Below, one piece after another: positions 1 through 9,699 of a DNA stretch of 64,000 nt (position 1 is the first letter of the stretch; every line of letters starts with the position of its first letter). Origin of the DNA: an uncultured Chloroflexia bacterium (GTDB taxonomy: Bacteria; Chloroflexota; Limnocylindria; Limnocylindrales; CSP1-4). The notes beneath the pieces are model-generated. The model saw nothing but the letters and a program-made list of their open reading frames with translations, had not been told where the DNA came from and did not search any database. The position numbers and the translations under genes were made by a program. The DNA lies in assembly GCA_963720755.1 (NCBI GenBank), contig CAVRGP010000006.1, forward strand, positions 192,001-256,000, given 5' to 3'.

Positions 1-219
1 CACGTCGAGATACGTGCCGGCCATCATCGAGACCGCGCCGGCGATCGCGCCCGTCGCACCGGCAAGGACGACGATCTGGCTGTCATTCGTGCTCGCAGCG
101 ACGCCGAACACGAGACCGGCCACCGAGACGGCGCCATCCTCCATCCCGAACGCGACATCGCCGATCGAGGCGAGCAGCGACGCCCGAACGCGACGGCCGA
201 GATCGAGGATCGAGGGCAC
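1..219 (-). CDS. VIT1/CCC1 family transporter, N-terminal part (runs off window start)
   Basis: Not in the ORF track; manual translation from GTG at 219: VPSILDLGRRVRASLLASIGDVAFGMEDGAVSVAGLVFGVAAS...LAGATGAIAGAVSMMAGTYLDV, matching the VIT1 'FG..DG.VS' and 'AGAVSM..G.Y' motifs. Confidence 0.8.
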   Translation of the reverse strand, partial: MPSILDLGRRVRASLLASIGDVAFGMEDGAVSVAGLVFGVAASTNDSQIVVLAGATGAIAGAVSMMAGTYLDV

Positions 220-246
220 GGCTGAGGCTACCTTCTCGTCATCGGA

Positions 247-1485
247 TCATGGTGCGGCCTCGGTGGCCTCTCCGAAGTACCGGAGCGCGGCATACAGCCA
301 GACCACCGACAGGATGGCGACGAGGGCCGACGCCAGCAGCCACGGCGTCGGCTGCCACCAGCCGACGACCAGCGCGGCGGCGGCCCCGACGACCAGCGCG
401 ACGGTCAACGGCCGGTAGACCGTCTCGTGGCGCTCGTACTCGTCCAACGAATGCGTCGTGACGGCCAGGGCCAGCAGCGCGATCGCGATCGATGCTGCCA
501 GGAGCCAGGCGGTATCGGACGGCGTCTGCGCGTCGTGGGCGTGGTCGATCAGGCCCACCATCGCCGCACCGGCGCCCGCGATCGCGAGTGAGATCGGGAG
601 GTGACTCTCCGCCCACATGTACAGCGTCAGCCCGTCTCCTCTGGGCGCTCGCCTGCCGGCGACATCGAAGAAGATCCACCAGAGGCCGAAGCCGACGGCG
701 AGCGCGAGCAGGCCGGTCGCGAGCGTGAGGGGATCTCGATCGACCGACGACAGCCCACCGACGACCCCGGTGACGACTTCCCCGAGCACGATGATCACCA
801 GCAGATCGAAGCGCTCGACCATCGAATCGGTCGGTGCGATCGCCAGGACTTGTCCGCGTCGTGATCGCCAGCCGAAGACAAGCATCAGGACGAGCCAGCC
901 GATCACGAATCCGGCCCAGCTGACGAGTCGAGCCTCGGCGGGCAGAAAGATGCCGGCCACGATGACCACGAGCGACACGGCCATGGCGGTCAGGTAGCGC
1001 GCTGTCCCGGCCATGTACTCCGGGCCGTCCTGCCGGCGGACCGTGTACCAAAGCCAGGTCATGACGACGAGGAACCCGGCGTAGGCCACGCTGAACGCCT
1101 GCCCGTCCTCGCCGGCCGCACCGCCGGTGAAGACCGCGAGCAGGGCGAGGATGCCCATCTGGATGAAGACGAACGTCCGTGTCCGTCCGTCCTCTCGACC
1201 ATGCAACTCGTAGTACAGCGTGCCATTGACCCAGGCGATCCAGATGACGCCGAAGATGACCGCGAACTCCGCGTAGCCGCCGACGGTCAGATGTCCGGCG
1301 AGGTGGTGCGCGGCCTGGGCGATGACGACGACGTAGACGAGGTCATAGAACAGCTCCAGGAAGCTGACGGTCCGTTCCGGGTCGATCTCGCCGTGGGCGC
1401 GGGGTGGCCGCCAGAACCAGTTGCGAAAGCGGCTGATGGCGGAGGTTCGGTCGGCTGCGGTCGAGGGTCTTGTCATCGCACTCAC
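247..1485 (-). CDS. Low temperature requirement protein A (LtrA) family membrane protein
   Basis: 'VSFLELFYDLVYVV' and 'ERFDLLVIIVLGE' motifs; many hydrophobic segments; start may be ATG at 1476. Confidence 0.85.
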   Translation of the reverse strand: MSAMTRPSTAADRTSAISRFRNWFWRPPRAHGEIDPERTVSFLELFYDLVYVVVIAQAAHHLAGHLTVGGYAEFAVIFGVIWIAWVNGTLYYELHGREDGRTRTFVFIQMGILALLAVFTGGAAGEDGQAFSVAYAGFLVVMTWLWYTVRRQDGPEYMAGTARYLTAMAVSLVVIVAGIFLPAEARLVSWAGFVIGWLVLMLVFGWRSRRGQVLAIAPTDSMVERFDLLVIIVLGEVVTGVVGGLSSVDRDPLTLATGLLALAVGFGLWWIFFDVAGRRAPRGDGLTLYMWAESHLPISLAIAGAGAAMVGLIDHAHDAQTPSDTAWLLAASIAIALLALAVTTHSLDEYERHETVYRPLTVALVVGAAAALVVGWWQPTPWLLASALVAILSVVWLYAALRYFGEATEAAP

Positions 1486-2406
1486 CTACACCAACCTACA
1501 GCGAGCGGGTGCCGGCGCCCCGGCGAAGGGTGCGGCCCGTTCGGCGAGGACTTCCGCGATGACGTGTCGTGCATTCGTGGCCAGCTGTGGGTTCGATTCC
1601 CGGTAGTAGGGCAGCTGGATCAGCGCGATCGACAGGGCCCAGCCACGCCCGCGCTGCCAGGTCGCATCGTCCATGGACACCGCGGTGCGGAACGACGGGC
1701 GCGCGCTGGCCGGCAGGAGGTTCCAGGCGACCGAGAGATCGCACGCCGGATCACCGATCCCCAAACCGCCGAAATCGATCACCGACGTCAGGGTCCGGCC
1801 GACACACAGGAGATTGCCCGGCGACAGATCGCCGTGGATCCATGTCGGGGGATCCGCCCAGGCTGGGACAGCCAGGGCTTCTACCCAGACCGCGGTCGCG
1901 GCGTCGGCGTCGATCTCGCCGCCGAGCGCTTCGATCGCGGTTCGCGTCGCATCATCACGGCCGGCGAGTGGACCCCCGCGGCTGGCTGCCGGGCCGCCAG
2001 CCGGGTCGATCGCCCGGAGCGCCGTCACGAATCCGGCGATGGCTTCGGCCAGGCCCTCAGGATCATCGATCGAGCCGACGCGGGGGTTCTCGCCCGGGAG
2101 CCACGGACAGACCGACCAGTGCCAGGGGTAGGAGAGATCCGGCGCACCGACGGTGAGCGGCGTCGGGACCGTGACGGGGAGCAGCGGTTCGAGCTGCGGC
2201 AGCCAGTGGTGCTCCTTGGCCACGTCGCCCGCGGCCCATCCGATCCGCGGCAGGCGTACGACCATGTCGGAACCCAGCCGGTAGAGCGCGTTGTCGGTCC
2301 CAGCCGAGGGGACCGGCGCGATCTCGAGATCGGCCCATCGGGGGAACTGCCGGGCCAGCAATGCCCGGACGAGAGATGCGTCGATGTCGACCTCGTCCCG
2401 GTGCAT
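1486..2406 (-). CDS. Aminoglycoside phosphotransferase (APH/choline kinase) family protein
   Basis: 'SAGTDNALYRLG', 'WIHGDLSPGNLL' and 'VIDFG' kinase motifs. Confidence 0.9.
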   Translation of the reverse strand: MHRDEVDIDASLVRALLARQFPRWADLEIAPVPSAGTDNALYRLGSDMVVRLPRIGWAAGDVAKEHHWLPQLEPLLPVTVPTPLTVGAPDLSYPWHWSVCPWLPGENPRVGSIDDPEGLAEAIAGFVTALRAIDPAGGPAASRGGPLAGRDDATRTAIEALGGEIDADAATAVWVEALAVPAWADPPTWIHGDLSPGNLLCVGRTLTSVIDFGGLGIGDPACDLSVAWNLLPASARPSFRTAVSMDDATWQRGRGWALSIALIQLPYYRESNPQLATNARHVIAEVLAERAAPFAGAPAPARCRLV

Positions 2407-2417
2407 TCGAACCCGGC

Positions 2418-2822
2418 TCAGGTCGGATCCTCGTCCGCCTCGGCGTCCGGCATCGGCTCATCATCCGGTTCGGGTTCGCCCGCTCCTGGCTCGCCCGCCA
2501 GCTGGCCGCCTCGCAGGCGCTGTTCCAGACGGACCACCGGCGAGGTCCGGTACTTCGTGAGTTCGGACACGAACGCGGCCAGGATGCCGAGGCCGGACAG
2601 GATGTAGAACACGGTGAACAGCTTCGCCGCGTCGGTGGTCGGATGCAGATCGCCGAACCCGACGGTCGCGAGCGTGACGACCGAGAAGTACAGCGCGTCG
2701 AGCGCCGACCACCCTTCGAGCCACATGTAGACGACGGTACCGAGCGCGATCATCGAGATGGCCGCGACGATCAGGTACTTGCCTTCGGGGTCCCTGAACA
2801 TCGCCCGCATGGCGGAGAACAT
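2418..2822 (-). CDS. Minimal two-TM potassium channel (Ion_trans_2 family)
   Basis: Pore helix and filter 'DALYFSVVTLATVGFGDLHP' between two TM helices. Confidence 0.9.
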   Translation of the reverse strand: MFSAMRAMFRDPEGKYLIVAAISMIALGTVVYMWLEGWSALDALYFSVVTLATVGFGDLHPTTDAAKLFTVFYILSGLGILAAFVSELTKYRTSPVVRLEQRLRGGQLAGEPGAGEPEPDDEPMPDAEADEDPT

Positions 2823-2871
2823 CAGCCGTCCGACCTCTCTATCCCGAACCGTGGAGCAACCGACGTCCAGT

Positions 2872-3651
2872 CTAAGTCGGCGGATCGATCCCTTGAGGCG
2901 TACGCACGAGCTCGTCGATCACCGTGGACTCCGGGTTGCGGGTCATAAGCTCGGTCGCGAGCGCGACCTCAAGGAGGCCCACGGTCCCGCCGACGACCGC
3001 CGCGATGATCCATTCCGCGAACATCTGGATCGGGATTCCACCGTCGTGCACGGCCTGGTGCGCCAACTCGTCGATGACCTGTTCGATGGCCAGCGGCACG
3101 ACCACGAGCACGATGATCGGATAGATGGCCGTGCGGCTGATCCGGAACGTCCGCGCGAAGGCATCGCGCACCCCGCGGCGCTCCTGGACCATGACCGGAC
3201 CGACCAGCCCGAAGAACACGTAGAAGGCGATGCCCGGAACGACGAACAGGGCGATGCCGACGAACGTCCCGAGAACCACGACGACATCGGCGATCAGGAG
3301 GGCGAGCCACGGCAGCGTTCTGAGCACCTCGCCCATGCGCAGGCGGCGGCCGTGGAAGTACTGGCTGCCGACCGCCTCGTCGAGATAGCCCGCGAAGACG
3401 ACGGGGCCGAGGAGGCGGAAGAGGAACGCGATCGCCAGGGCGAGGGCGGCGCCGAGTCCACCGAGCAGGTTCGACTGGCCCTCGACGAATCGAGACAGCG
3501 CGACCCCGAGGAAGGCGGGCGGCACGAACAGGAGGAACGCAACGACGGACACGCGGAGGATGCCCAGGCGGAGCATCGCCCAGGCGTGTCGGGTGATGAG
3601 CCTGAACGTGAGCGGGCCCTGTCCCGGGTTGGCGATCGGAGGTTCGGTCAC
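2872..3651 (-). CDS. Hypothetical integral membrane protein
   Basis: About 5-6 hydrophobic helices, 'GIALFVVPGI...VMVQERRGVRDAF.R' pattern; start re-called to GTG 3651 because the ORF-track extension overlaps the upstream gene. Confidence 0.7.
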   Translation of the reverse strand: MTEPPIANPGQGPLTFRLITRHAWAMLRLGILRVSVVAFLLFVPPAFLGVALSRFVEGQSNLLGGLGAALALAIAFLFRLLGPVVFAGYLDEAVGSQYFHGRRLRMGEVLRTLPWLALLIADVVVVLGTFVGIALFVVPGIAFYVFFGLVGPVMVQERRGVRDAFARTFRISRTAIYPIIVLVVVPLAIEQVIDELAHQAVHDGGIPIQMFAEWIIAAVVGGTVGLLEVALATELMTRNPESTVIDELVRTPQGIDPPT

Positions 3652-3718
3652 GCGACCATCTTCGCAGCGGGCGACCGGTCCGCGCCGTCCAGGTCCCCGG
3701 CTCCTTGGGCGGGCGGAC

Positions 3719-5308
3719 CTACCAGCGGCCGTTGCCGGATCGCATGTCGGCGGGGTCGAGGCGGATCGGGAACCGCTCGCGGATCCGCGCATCGACGGCG
3801 GGGTCGAGGTACTCCGGGTAGTGGCTGGCGAGGACCTCCTCGACGCGGTCGTGGGCATGCTCGTAGATGCTCCGGCTCCCGCCGTCCACCCACTCGCCCG
3901 GGCTCGTGCGATCCGCGAGTTCCGGGTACTGGAACTCGCTTCGCATGAGCTTCAAGGTCTGGTCGGCTCCGAGGTAGTGACCGACACCGGCCACGGTCTC
4001 GGCGATCACCCCGTACGACAAGGTCTCGTCGTTGACCTCGATCCCGCGCAGCAGCCGCTGGGCGTTGCCGAGCAGGTCGTTGTCGATGACCAGTCCCTCG
4101 AACGACTGGCCCATCAGGCTGCCCACGATCCCGGGGTAGGCCGACACGAGGTTGCCGCCGGCCAGCGCCGCCGCCGTGACCGTGATGCCCTTCTCGTAGC
4201 CGGCCTGTGCGTCCATCGTCTTGGCGTCGGTCATCCCTGAAGCGACCGACGAGACGAGCCCGTAGTGGTTGGCGATCTGCGCGCTCGCCGCCATGAGCAA
4301 TGCCTCCTCGCCGCCACCACCGGTGAACCCGCCGGTCCGCAGGTCGGAGACGAACGGCCACATGCCGAAGTCGAACGGGTTCCCGGGTCGGATCATGTTG
4401 ACGATGGCGAGGCAGGCCAGGGTCTCCGCGAAACACTGGACGAGCGTGCCGGCGAGCGCGGCGGGTGCGGTGGCACCGGCCTGCGGGGCGATCGCGATGT
4501 CCGTCGCCAGCCCGAGTTCCGCCGTCCGGACGAGCACTTCGGCGTTGTCCTTGCCGAACCGCAGCGGCGAGACGATCGGGCAGCCGCCGATGCTGCAGAA
4601 CGGTCGCTTCAGGAATTCGCCGTCACCGCCGGCCACCAGGTCGAACATCGCGACGAGATCGTCGACGTGGCCGACCGTCGCACAACTGAACGCGAACGGC
4701 TTGTTCTGGCCCGCGAGGGCGGCATAGGCGACGTTGATGTCGTGGACGTAGACGTCTTCGCTGTACTCGGCCGCGATGAACGGCTGCCCGTAGCAGTGGA
4801 TATTGGGCAGGCGATCGACCAGGCGGGCCGCGTCGTACAGGTCGACCAGCCGGGTCGGCCGGAACGTCTGGGTCGGGTAGTCGAGGACCGTGACCGCCTC
4901 GCCCGAGGTGCAGAAGTAGACCCGCTCGCCGCTGATCTCGATGTCGTTGGCCGGGTCGACCGCATAGCGGACGTAGCCGCGCGACGCGACGCCGATCATC
5001 TCTTCGACCAGGCCACGCGGGAACAGCAACCGTCCATCCGGATCGAGCGTGCAGCCCCTGGGAAGGGCGTAGCGGAGGATCTCCGGGATCGGGTCCCCGA
5101 TGCCGATGTCGGCCAGGACGTCGAGCGCCGTCGTGTAGATCCGCTCGATATCGGCCACGGACAGCGGTCGGTACAGCCCACCGGTCAGCCCTGGCCGGAC
5201 CGCTGCGGGAGCCGGGGCCGAGGTGTCGTGCGCCCGCGCCCGACGGCCGCCTCGCCCGGACGGCTGGCCGTCTGACGTCGCGTCGGGTCGATCGTCGACT
5301 ACTGACAT
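3719..5308 (-). CDS. Trimethylamine methyltransferase (MttB) superfamily protein, no in-frame amber codon
   Basis: 'VSPLRF', 'AGATAPAALAGTL', 'DAKTMDAQAGYEK', 'GHYLG...T' motifs; start re-called to ATG 5308. Confidence 0.9.
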   Translation of the reverse strand: MSVVDDRPDATSDGQPSGRGGRRARAHDTSAPAPAAVRPGLTGGLYRPLSVADIERIYTTALDVLADIGIGDPIPEILRYALPRGCTLDPDGRLLFPRGLVEEMIGVASRGYVRYAVDPANDIEISGERVYFCTSGEAVTVLDYPTQTFRPTRLVDLYDAARLVDRLPNIHCYGQPFIAAEYSEDVYVHDINVAYAALAGQNKPFAFSCATVGHVDDLVAMFDLVAGGDGEFLKRPFCSIGGCPIVSPLRFGKDNAEVLVRTAELGLATDIAIAPQAGATAPAALAGTLVQCFAETLACLAIVNMIRPGNPFDFGMWPFVSDLRTGGFTGGGGEEALLMAASAQIANHYGLVSSVASGMTDAKTMDAQAGYEKGITVTAAALAGGNLVSAYPGIVGSLMGQSFEGLVIDNDLLGNAQRLLRGIEVNDETLSYGVIAETVAGVGHYLGADQTLKLMRSEFQYPELADRTSPGEWVDGGSRSIYEHAHDRVEEVLASHYPEYLDPAVDARIRERFPIRLDPADMRSGNGRW

Positions 5309-5378
5309 CGATGCATTGTGGTCGGTCGACCGGCCGTGTGGCCGGACCGTCGCACCACATGCGCCTGGTCGGCGCCCC

Positions 5379-6722
5379 TTAGTCCCGCGGCATCGAGCGG
5401 AGTCGCCGCCATCGCTCGATCGCCCGTCGATGTTCGGCACGGGTCAGCTCGCGGTGTCCGAATTCGGCCAGGGCATAGTCGGCCGCCAGGCGACCGAGCG
5501 GGTCGCCCGAACCGCTCGAGCCGGATCGGGTCCGATCCGCGTGCTCGGAAGGCGTTTCGGACGGCAGACGGGCCGCGTTCGGGACCCGGCTCAGGACCTC
5601 GAGGGATGCCATGTACGCCTCGCTCGCGGTCCGCGGGTCGGGTCTTCGTCGCGGGATCGTGACGCGTGGTCGCCGGAACCGGATCCCGCCTGCAGGGCCT
5701 TCGGTTTCGCGCGTTTCGACCAGGTCGCTCTCGACCGCCGACAGTCGTGGGCGGTTGAGCAGAGCGCGGATCACGAGGAACGCCACGATGATCGCGATCG
5801 CCAGCGGTGCCAGGCCGAGGGCGACGGCCTGGATGCCGGTGGCCCCGGCTGGGTTCCCTGGTTCGAGTGGGCCGGGAGCGAGGGTCCCCCCAAGGTCTGT
5901 CGACCCCGTCAGTGGTCCGCGGACCAATTCGAGCAGGAAGACGAGGGCGGCCGCCAGCAGACCACCTGGGATCGCCAGGATGGTGATGATGACGACGATG
6001 ACGTCGGCGATCGGACCCAGCACGCCCCTGAGCGCGTCGGTCGAAGGGATCCCGAGGACCGCCGCGAGTGGGACCGACACGACCAGCAGGCAGGCGATGA
6101 CCGCCACGAGCAACGCGACCCAGGTCCGTTGATCACCCTGCGGCATCCCGGTCTCCTCCAGCTCGCCCAGGCGCGCCAGACCCATGCCCAGCAACGCGGC
6201 GGTCACGACCGCGACGGTCGCCGAGAAGGCGGCGCTCACGATCGCTGGGTCACCGGTGGCGCCGGTCGCCGCCAGGAACGCCCAGGTCCCGGCGATCGCC
6301 CAGAGGCCAGGCCCGAGCACGGTCTCGGCGATGCGCGCGTCGTCCTCCGAGGTGACGTGTGCCGACCCGCGGAACACGGCGAGACCGAGCAGGATCCCGC
6401 CCGGATGCGCCCCGATGACGGCCCATGGATCGTCGGTCAGTCGTACCGCCGCGGCTCCGAGTGGCAGCAACCAACCGACGATCGCCGCACCGATGACCAG
6501 GGCGGCCAGCGGCGTCCGATAGTGCCGGCCGGCATGGACGGACCATCGGGCGTAGCCGAGGCCGGCGGCGGCAGCACCCACGAACGCCAGCATCGGCAGC
6601 GGCGGCTGTTGATGCGTCGCCAGGCTGCCGAGCGCGAGATAGGCCAGGGTGATCCCGGCGGCCTCCATCGTGCAGGCCGCGAGGATCGCGATCCCCGCTT
6701 CAAGCGATGCGTTCGAGCGCAT
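5379..6722 (-). CDS. Multi-pass membrane protein with C-terminal DUF4129-like domain
   Basis: Many TM helices then 'AY...L...ARLPSETPSEHA...L..LAADY.LAEFG'; third gene of the MoxR operon. Confidence 0.75.
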   Translation of the reverse strand: MRSNASLEAGIAILAACTMEAAGITLAYLALGSLATHQQPPLPMLAFVGAAAAGLGYARWSVHAGRHYRTPLAALVIGAAIVGWLLPLGAAAVRLTDDPWAVIGAHPGGILLGLAVFRGSAHVTSEDDARIAETVLGPGLWAIAGTWAFLAATGATGDPAIVSAAFSATVAVVTAALLGMGLARLGELEETGMPQGDQRTWVALLVAVIACLLVVSVPLAAVLGIPSTDALRGVLGPIADVIVVIITILAIPGGLLAAALVFLLELVRGPLTGSTDLGGTLAPGPLEPGNPAGATGIQAVALGLAPLAIAIIVAFLVIRALLNRPRLSAVESDLVETRETEGPAGGIRFRRPRVTIPRRRPDPRTASEAYMASLEVLSRVPNAARLPSETPSEHADRTRSGSSGSGDPLGRLAADYALAEFGHRELTRAEHRRAIERWRRLRSMPRD

Positions 6723-7932
6723 CCGCAGTCTGCCAATCCGGCTCGAGACGATAGGCGGCACTTCGCAGGCCGAACGCACGGGCTCTCGCGGTCCATCGAG
6801 CGGACTCGGGACCGAACCCGGCGTGGCTCACGACGTAGCCGTCGGCACCGAGCCTCCGGAGGGTCGCCAGAAAATCATCCGGATCCCGGCTGCTGAGGGC
6901 GATGATCGAGCAGCCGCTCGGGACGCGACGCGCCAGGGCTGCCAGCAGGCGGTCGAATGGCAGCGAGGCGAACGGACTGACATCGGCGAGCAGGTCCGCG
7001 ATGGCCCCGACCTGCCGCTGGTTCGCGCTGGGTGCCAGGAAGACCGTGCGCTGGGGACGCTCGCTGTAGGCGTTCACCGCGATCCCGGCCGCGATGCCGT
7101 CGACGACGAAGGATCGCACCAGGGACAACGCCGCCACACAGAGACCCTCCGCGAGGTCATCGTCCCAGCTGAGCATCCACGAGGGCCCGGACAGGGTTTG
7201 CATGTCGACGGCGACCAGCACCTCTCGCTCACGCGCGGGGTCATAGCGTCGGCTGACCGGTCGGCCGACGCGCGCGGTCGCCTTCCAGTGGATCCGTCGC
7301 AGGGGGTCGCCCGGCTGGTAGGGTCGCACCCCCGCGAACAGCGAGGGCTCCTCGTGGAGGCCTCGGACCGATGGCGAAGCACCGACCGAAGGGCTGTCCG
7401 TCACCGTCGAGCGGATGCCGACCACGCGCGGGACCACGTGGTAGACGGTCGACAGCGGCCGCTCCTCGCGCCGGCTGGATCGGGCGAACAGGTCGGCGAC
7501 CCGAAGATCCGCCTCGACGAACCGATAGGTGCCGCGCCGGCGGCCGACGATCTGGAACCGCCGCGTGACCCGTTCGAACCAGCCGACCCTCCAGGTGCCC
7601 CGCAGGACATCGAACCCGCGGCGCGGTGAGGGGATCAGCGGTCGCCCGGCGACCTCGGCGCCCTGGCTGACGACATCCTCGATCTGGAGCCAGGGCAGCG
7701 GCAGGAGCTTGGCATTGCGAACGACGAGATCCAGATCGATCCTCTCGCCCCATGGGACACGGGGCGCCGAGAGATGGCGCTCGTACTCGAGTGAGCGGAG
7801 GCCATACCTCGACCAGATGGACTGGAGGACCAGGACGAGACCCATGAGGACGCCGACGAGGAGCAGACCGCCGGCACCGAGCACCACCCCGCCGAGGATC
7901 AACGCGACCGCCAGCAGCGCGGTGGCGCCCAT
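6700..7932 (-). CDS. DUF58 domain protein (MoxR partner)
   Basis: 'GVRPYQPGDPLRRIHWKATAR' signature. Confidence 0.92.
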   Translation of the reverse strand: MGATALLAVALILGGVVLGAGGLLLVGVLMGLVLVLQSIWSRYGLRSLEYERHLSAPRVPWGERIDLDLVVRNAKLLPLPWLQIEDVVSQGAEVAGRPLIPSPRRGFDVLRGTWRVGWFERVTRRFQIVGRRRGTYRFVEADLRVADLFARSSRREERPLSTVYHVVPRVVGIRSTVTDSPSVGASPSVRGLHEEPSLFAGVRPYQPGDPLRRIHWKATARVGRPVSRRYDPAREREVLVAVDMQTLSGPSWMLSWDDDLAEGLCVAALSLVRSFVVDGIAAGIAVNAYSERPQRTVFLAPSANQRQVGAIADLLADVSPFASLPFDRLLAALARRVPSGCSIIALSSRDPDDFLATLRRLGADGYVVSHAGFGPESARWTARARAFGLRSAAYRLEPDWQTADALERIA

Positions 7933-7935
7933 CGC

Positions 7936-8949
7936 TCAGGCTCGTTCGGCGACGGAGGCGGTCTCGACCGGCGGCGCGGGGACCGACCCGAGGACGTCTC
8001 CGATCACGTCCTCCGTGGTCGCGCCGCGCAGCTGCCGGTCGATATCGAGCACGATCCGATGGCCGAGCACGAACGGCGCCAGTGCCTTGACATCGTCCGG
8101 CAGGGCGAAATCGCGTCCGGCCAGGAAGGCCCACGCCTGGGTCGCCCGGTACAGCGCGACGCTGGCGCGCGGGCTGCCACCGAGGCGCAATTCGGGTCGT
8201 TCACGCGTCGCGCGCACGAGGTCGACGATGTACGCCTCGACGGGGGCGCTGACCTCGATCGCACGGACCGCGTCGCGCATGCCGAGCAGATCCTCGGGCC
8301 CGGCGATGACGGACACGATGTCGAGCGGTTCGGCCATGGCTCGGTAGCGTCGCGCGATGCGGCCCTCATCGGCGCGATCCGGGTAGCCCATCCGAACCCG
8401 CACGAGGAACCGATCCAGCTGGGCCTCTGGCAGGGCGAACGTGCCTTCGAGCTCGATCGGGTTCTCGGTCGCCAGGACGAGGAATGGGTCGGGCAGGGGC
8501 CGCGTTTCGCCCTCGATCGACACGTGCGCTTCTTCCATCGCCTCGAGCAGCGCCGACTGCGTGCGCGGGGTCGCCCGGTTGATCTCGTCGACGAGCAGGA
8601 CGTTGGTGAAGATCGGCCCGGGGATGAACCGGAATGACGACCCCTCGAGGATCGTCGCGCCGAGCACGTCACCGGGCAACAGGTCGGGGGTGCCCTGGAC
8701 CCGTGCGAAGTCCATCCCGAGCGCGCGGCTGAACGCTCGAGCCAACAGCGTCTTGCCGACACCGGGCACGTCCTCGATCAGGGCGTGGCCGTGAGCCAGG
8801 AGCGCGACGGCCAGGAGACGGATCGCGACCTCGTCGACGACCACGGCACGTTGCACGGAGTCGCGGATCGCGCGCCAGAAGCGCTCGCCGGCGAACGGGT
8901 CGGCCGGGCTGGTGGACGGCTCACTCGGGCTGGCGGACGGCTCACTCAC
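7936..8949 (-). CDS. MoxR family AAA+ ATPase
   Basis: 'EDVPGVGKT', 'DEINRATPRTQSALLEAM', 'ATENPIELEGTFALPEAQLDRF'; start re-called to GTG 8949. Confidence 0.95.
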   Translation of the reverse strand: MSEPSASPSEPSTSPADPFAGERFWRAIRDSVQRAVVVDEVAIRLLAVALLAHGHALIEDVPGVGKTLLARAFSRALGMDFARVQGTPDLLPGDVLGATILEGSSFRFIPGPIFTNVLLVDEINRATPRTQSALLEAMEEAHVSIEGETRPLPDPFLVLATENPIELEGTFALPEAQLDRFLVRVRMGYPDRADEGRIARRYRAMAEPLDIVSVIAGPEDLLGMRDAVRAIEVSAPVEAYIVDLVRATRERPELRLGGSPRASVALYRATQAWAFLAGRDFALPDDVKALAPFVLGHRIVLDIDRQLRGATTEDVIGDVLGSVPAPPVETASVAERA

Positions 8950-9030
8950 GGGTGCTGGGTCCCTCGATGGTCGGGCTGCCGTGGGCCGGCATCGTACCGC
9001 AGCGCCGGACACGCCCCGGTGACGTCGGCG

Positions 9031-9699
9031 TCAGGCGCGGAGATACGACAGCACCGCCAGCACCCGCCGATGGTCCGAGGGCTCAGGCTCGAGCCCGAGC
9101 TTGGAGAAGATCGTTCGGATATGCCCCTCGACGGTCTTCAGTTCGACGACGAGCCGCTCGGCGATGGCCTGGTTGGAGCGGCCCTCGGCCATCAGCGCGA
9201 GGACCTCCCGCTCTCGCGGGGTGAGCTCGTCCAGCGGACCGTGGGGCCGGGCGCGGCCGAGCAGCTCCTCGACGATCTCGGGATCGATCACCGAGCCGCC
9301 AGCCGCCACGCGATGGATCGCATCCAGCAGATCCGACTCGCGCAGCACCCGATCCTTCAGCAGGTAGCCGACCCCTGCCGCGTCCGCTCGCAGCAGGCGG
9401 ATCGCGTGGCGGGTCTCGACATGCGCGGAGAGGAGGAGGATCGCCACCGTGGGATGGCGGTCGCGGATGGCGATGGCCGCTTCAAGGCCCTCGGTCTGGA
9501 AGCCGGGCGGCATCCGGATGTCCATCACGACCACGTCCGGACGTTCTCGTGCGACGACGTCGAGCGCGCCCGCAGCGTCGCCGGCTTCACCCACCACCGC
9601 GAAACCCTCGTCCGCGAGCAGGTGGGACATGCCCGAGCGAAAGAGCACGGAATCGTCGACCAGGACGATCCGCGATCGGCGCTCGTTCGACGCCGTCAT
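9031..9699 (-). CDS. NarL/LuxR family response regulator
   Basis: REC domain (LVDD, 'MDIRMP') plus LuxR HTH '[22 protein letters not shown]'. Confidence 0.95.
   Translation of the reverse strand: MTASNERRSRIVLVDDSVLFRSGMSHLLADEGFAVVGEAGDAAGALDVVARERPDVVVMDIRMPPGFQTEGLEAAIAIRDRHPTVAILLLSAHVETRHAIRLLRADAAGVGYLLKDRVLRESDLLDAIHRVAAGGSVIDPEIVEELLGRARPHGPLDELTPREREVLALMAEGRSNQAIAERLVVELKTVEGHIRTIFSKLGLEPEPSDHRRVLAVLSYLRA

Noticed and set aside
1486-2406. APH gene as an acquired antibiotic-resistance determinant
   Set aside because: Broad APH/choline-kinase family, no mobile context; substrate cannot be inferred
1201-2607. Long alternative ORFs, also 5223-6896, 10236-11603, 14064-15485 and 53768-55258
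   Set aside because: Motif-free antisense shadows of recognised genes, expected at high GC
8903-8946. 21-nt imperfect repeat at the MoxR start (SEPSASP/SEPSTSP)
   Set aside because: In-frame low-complexity N-terminal linker
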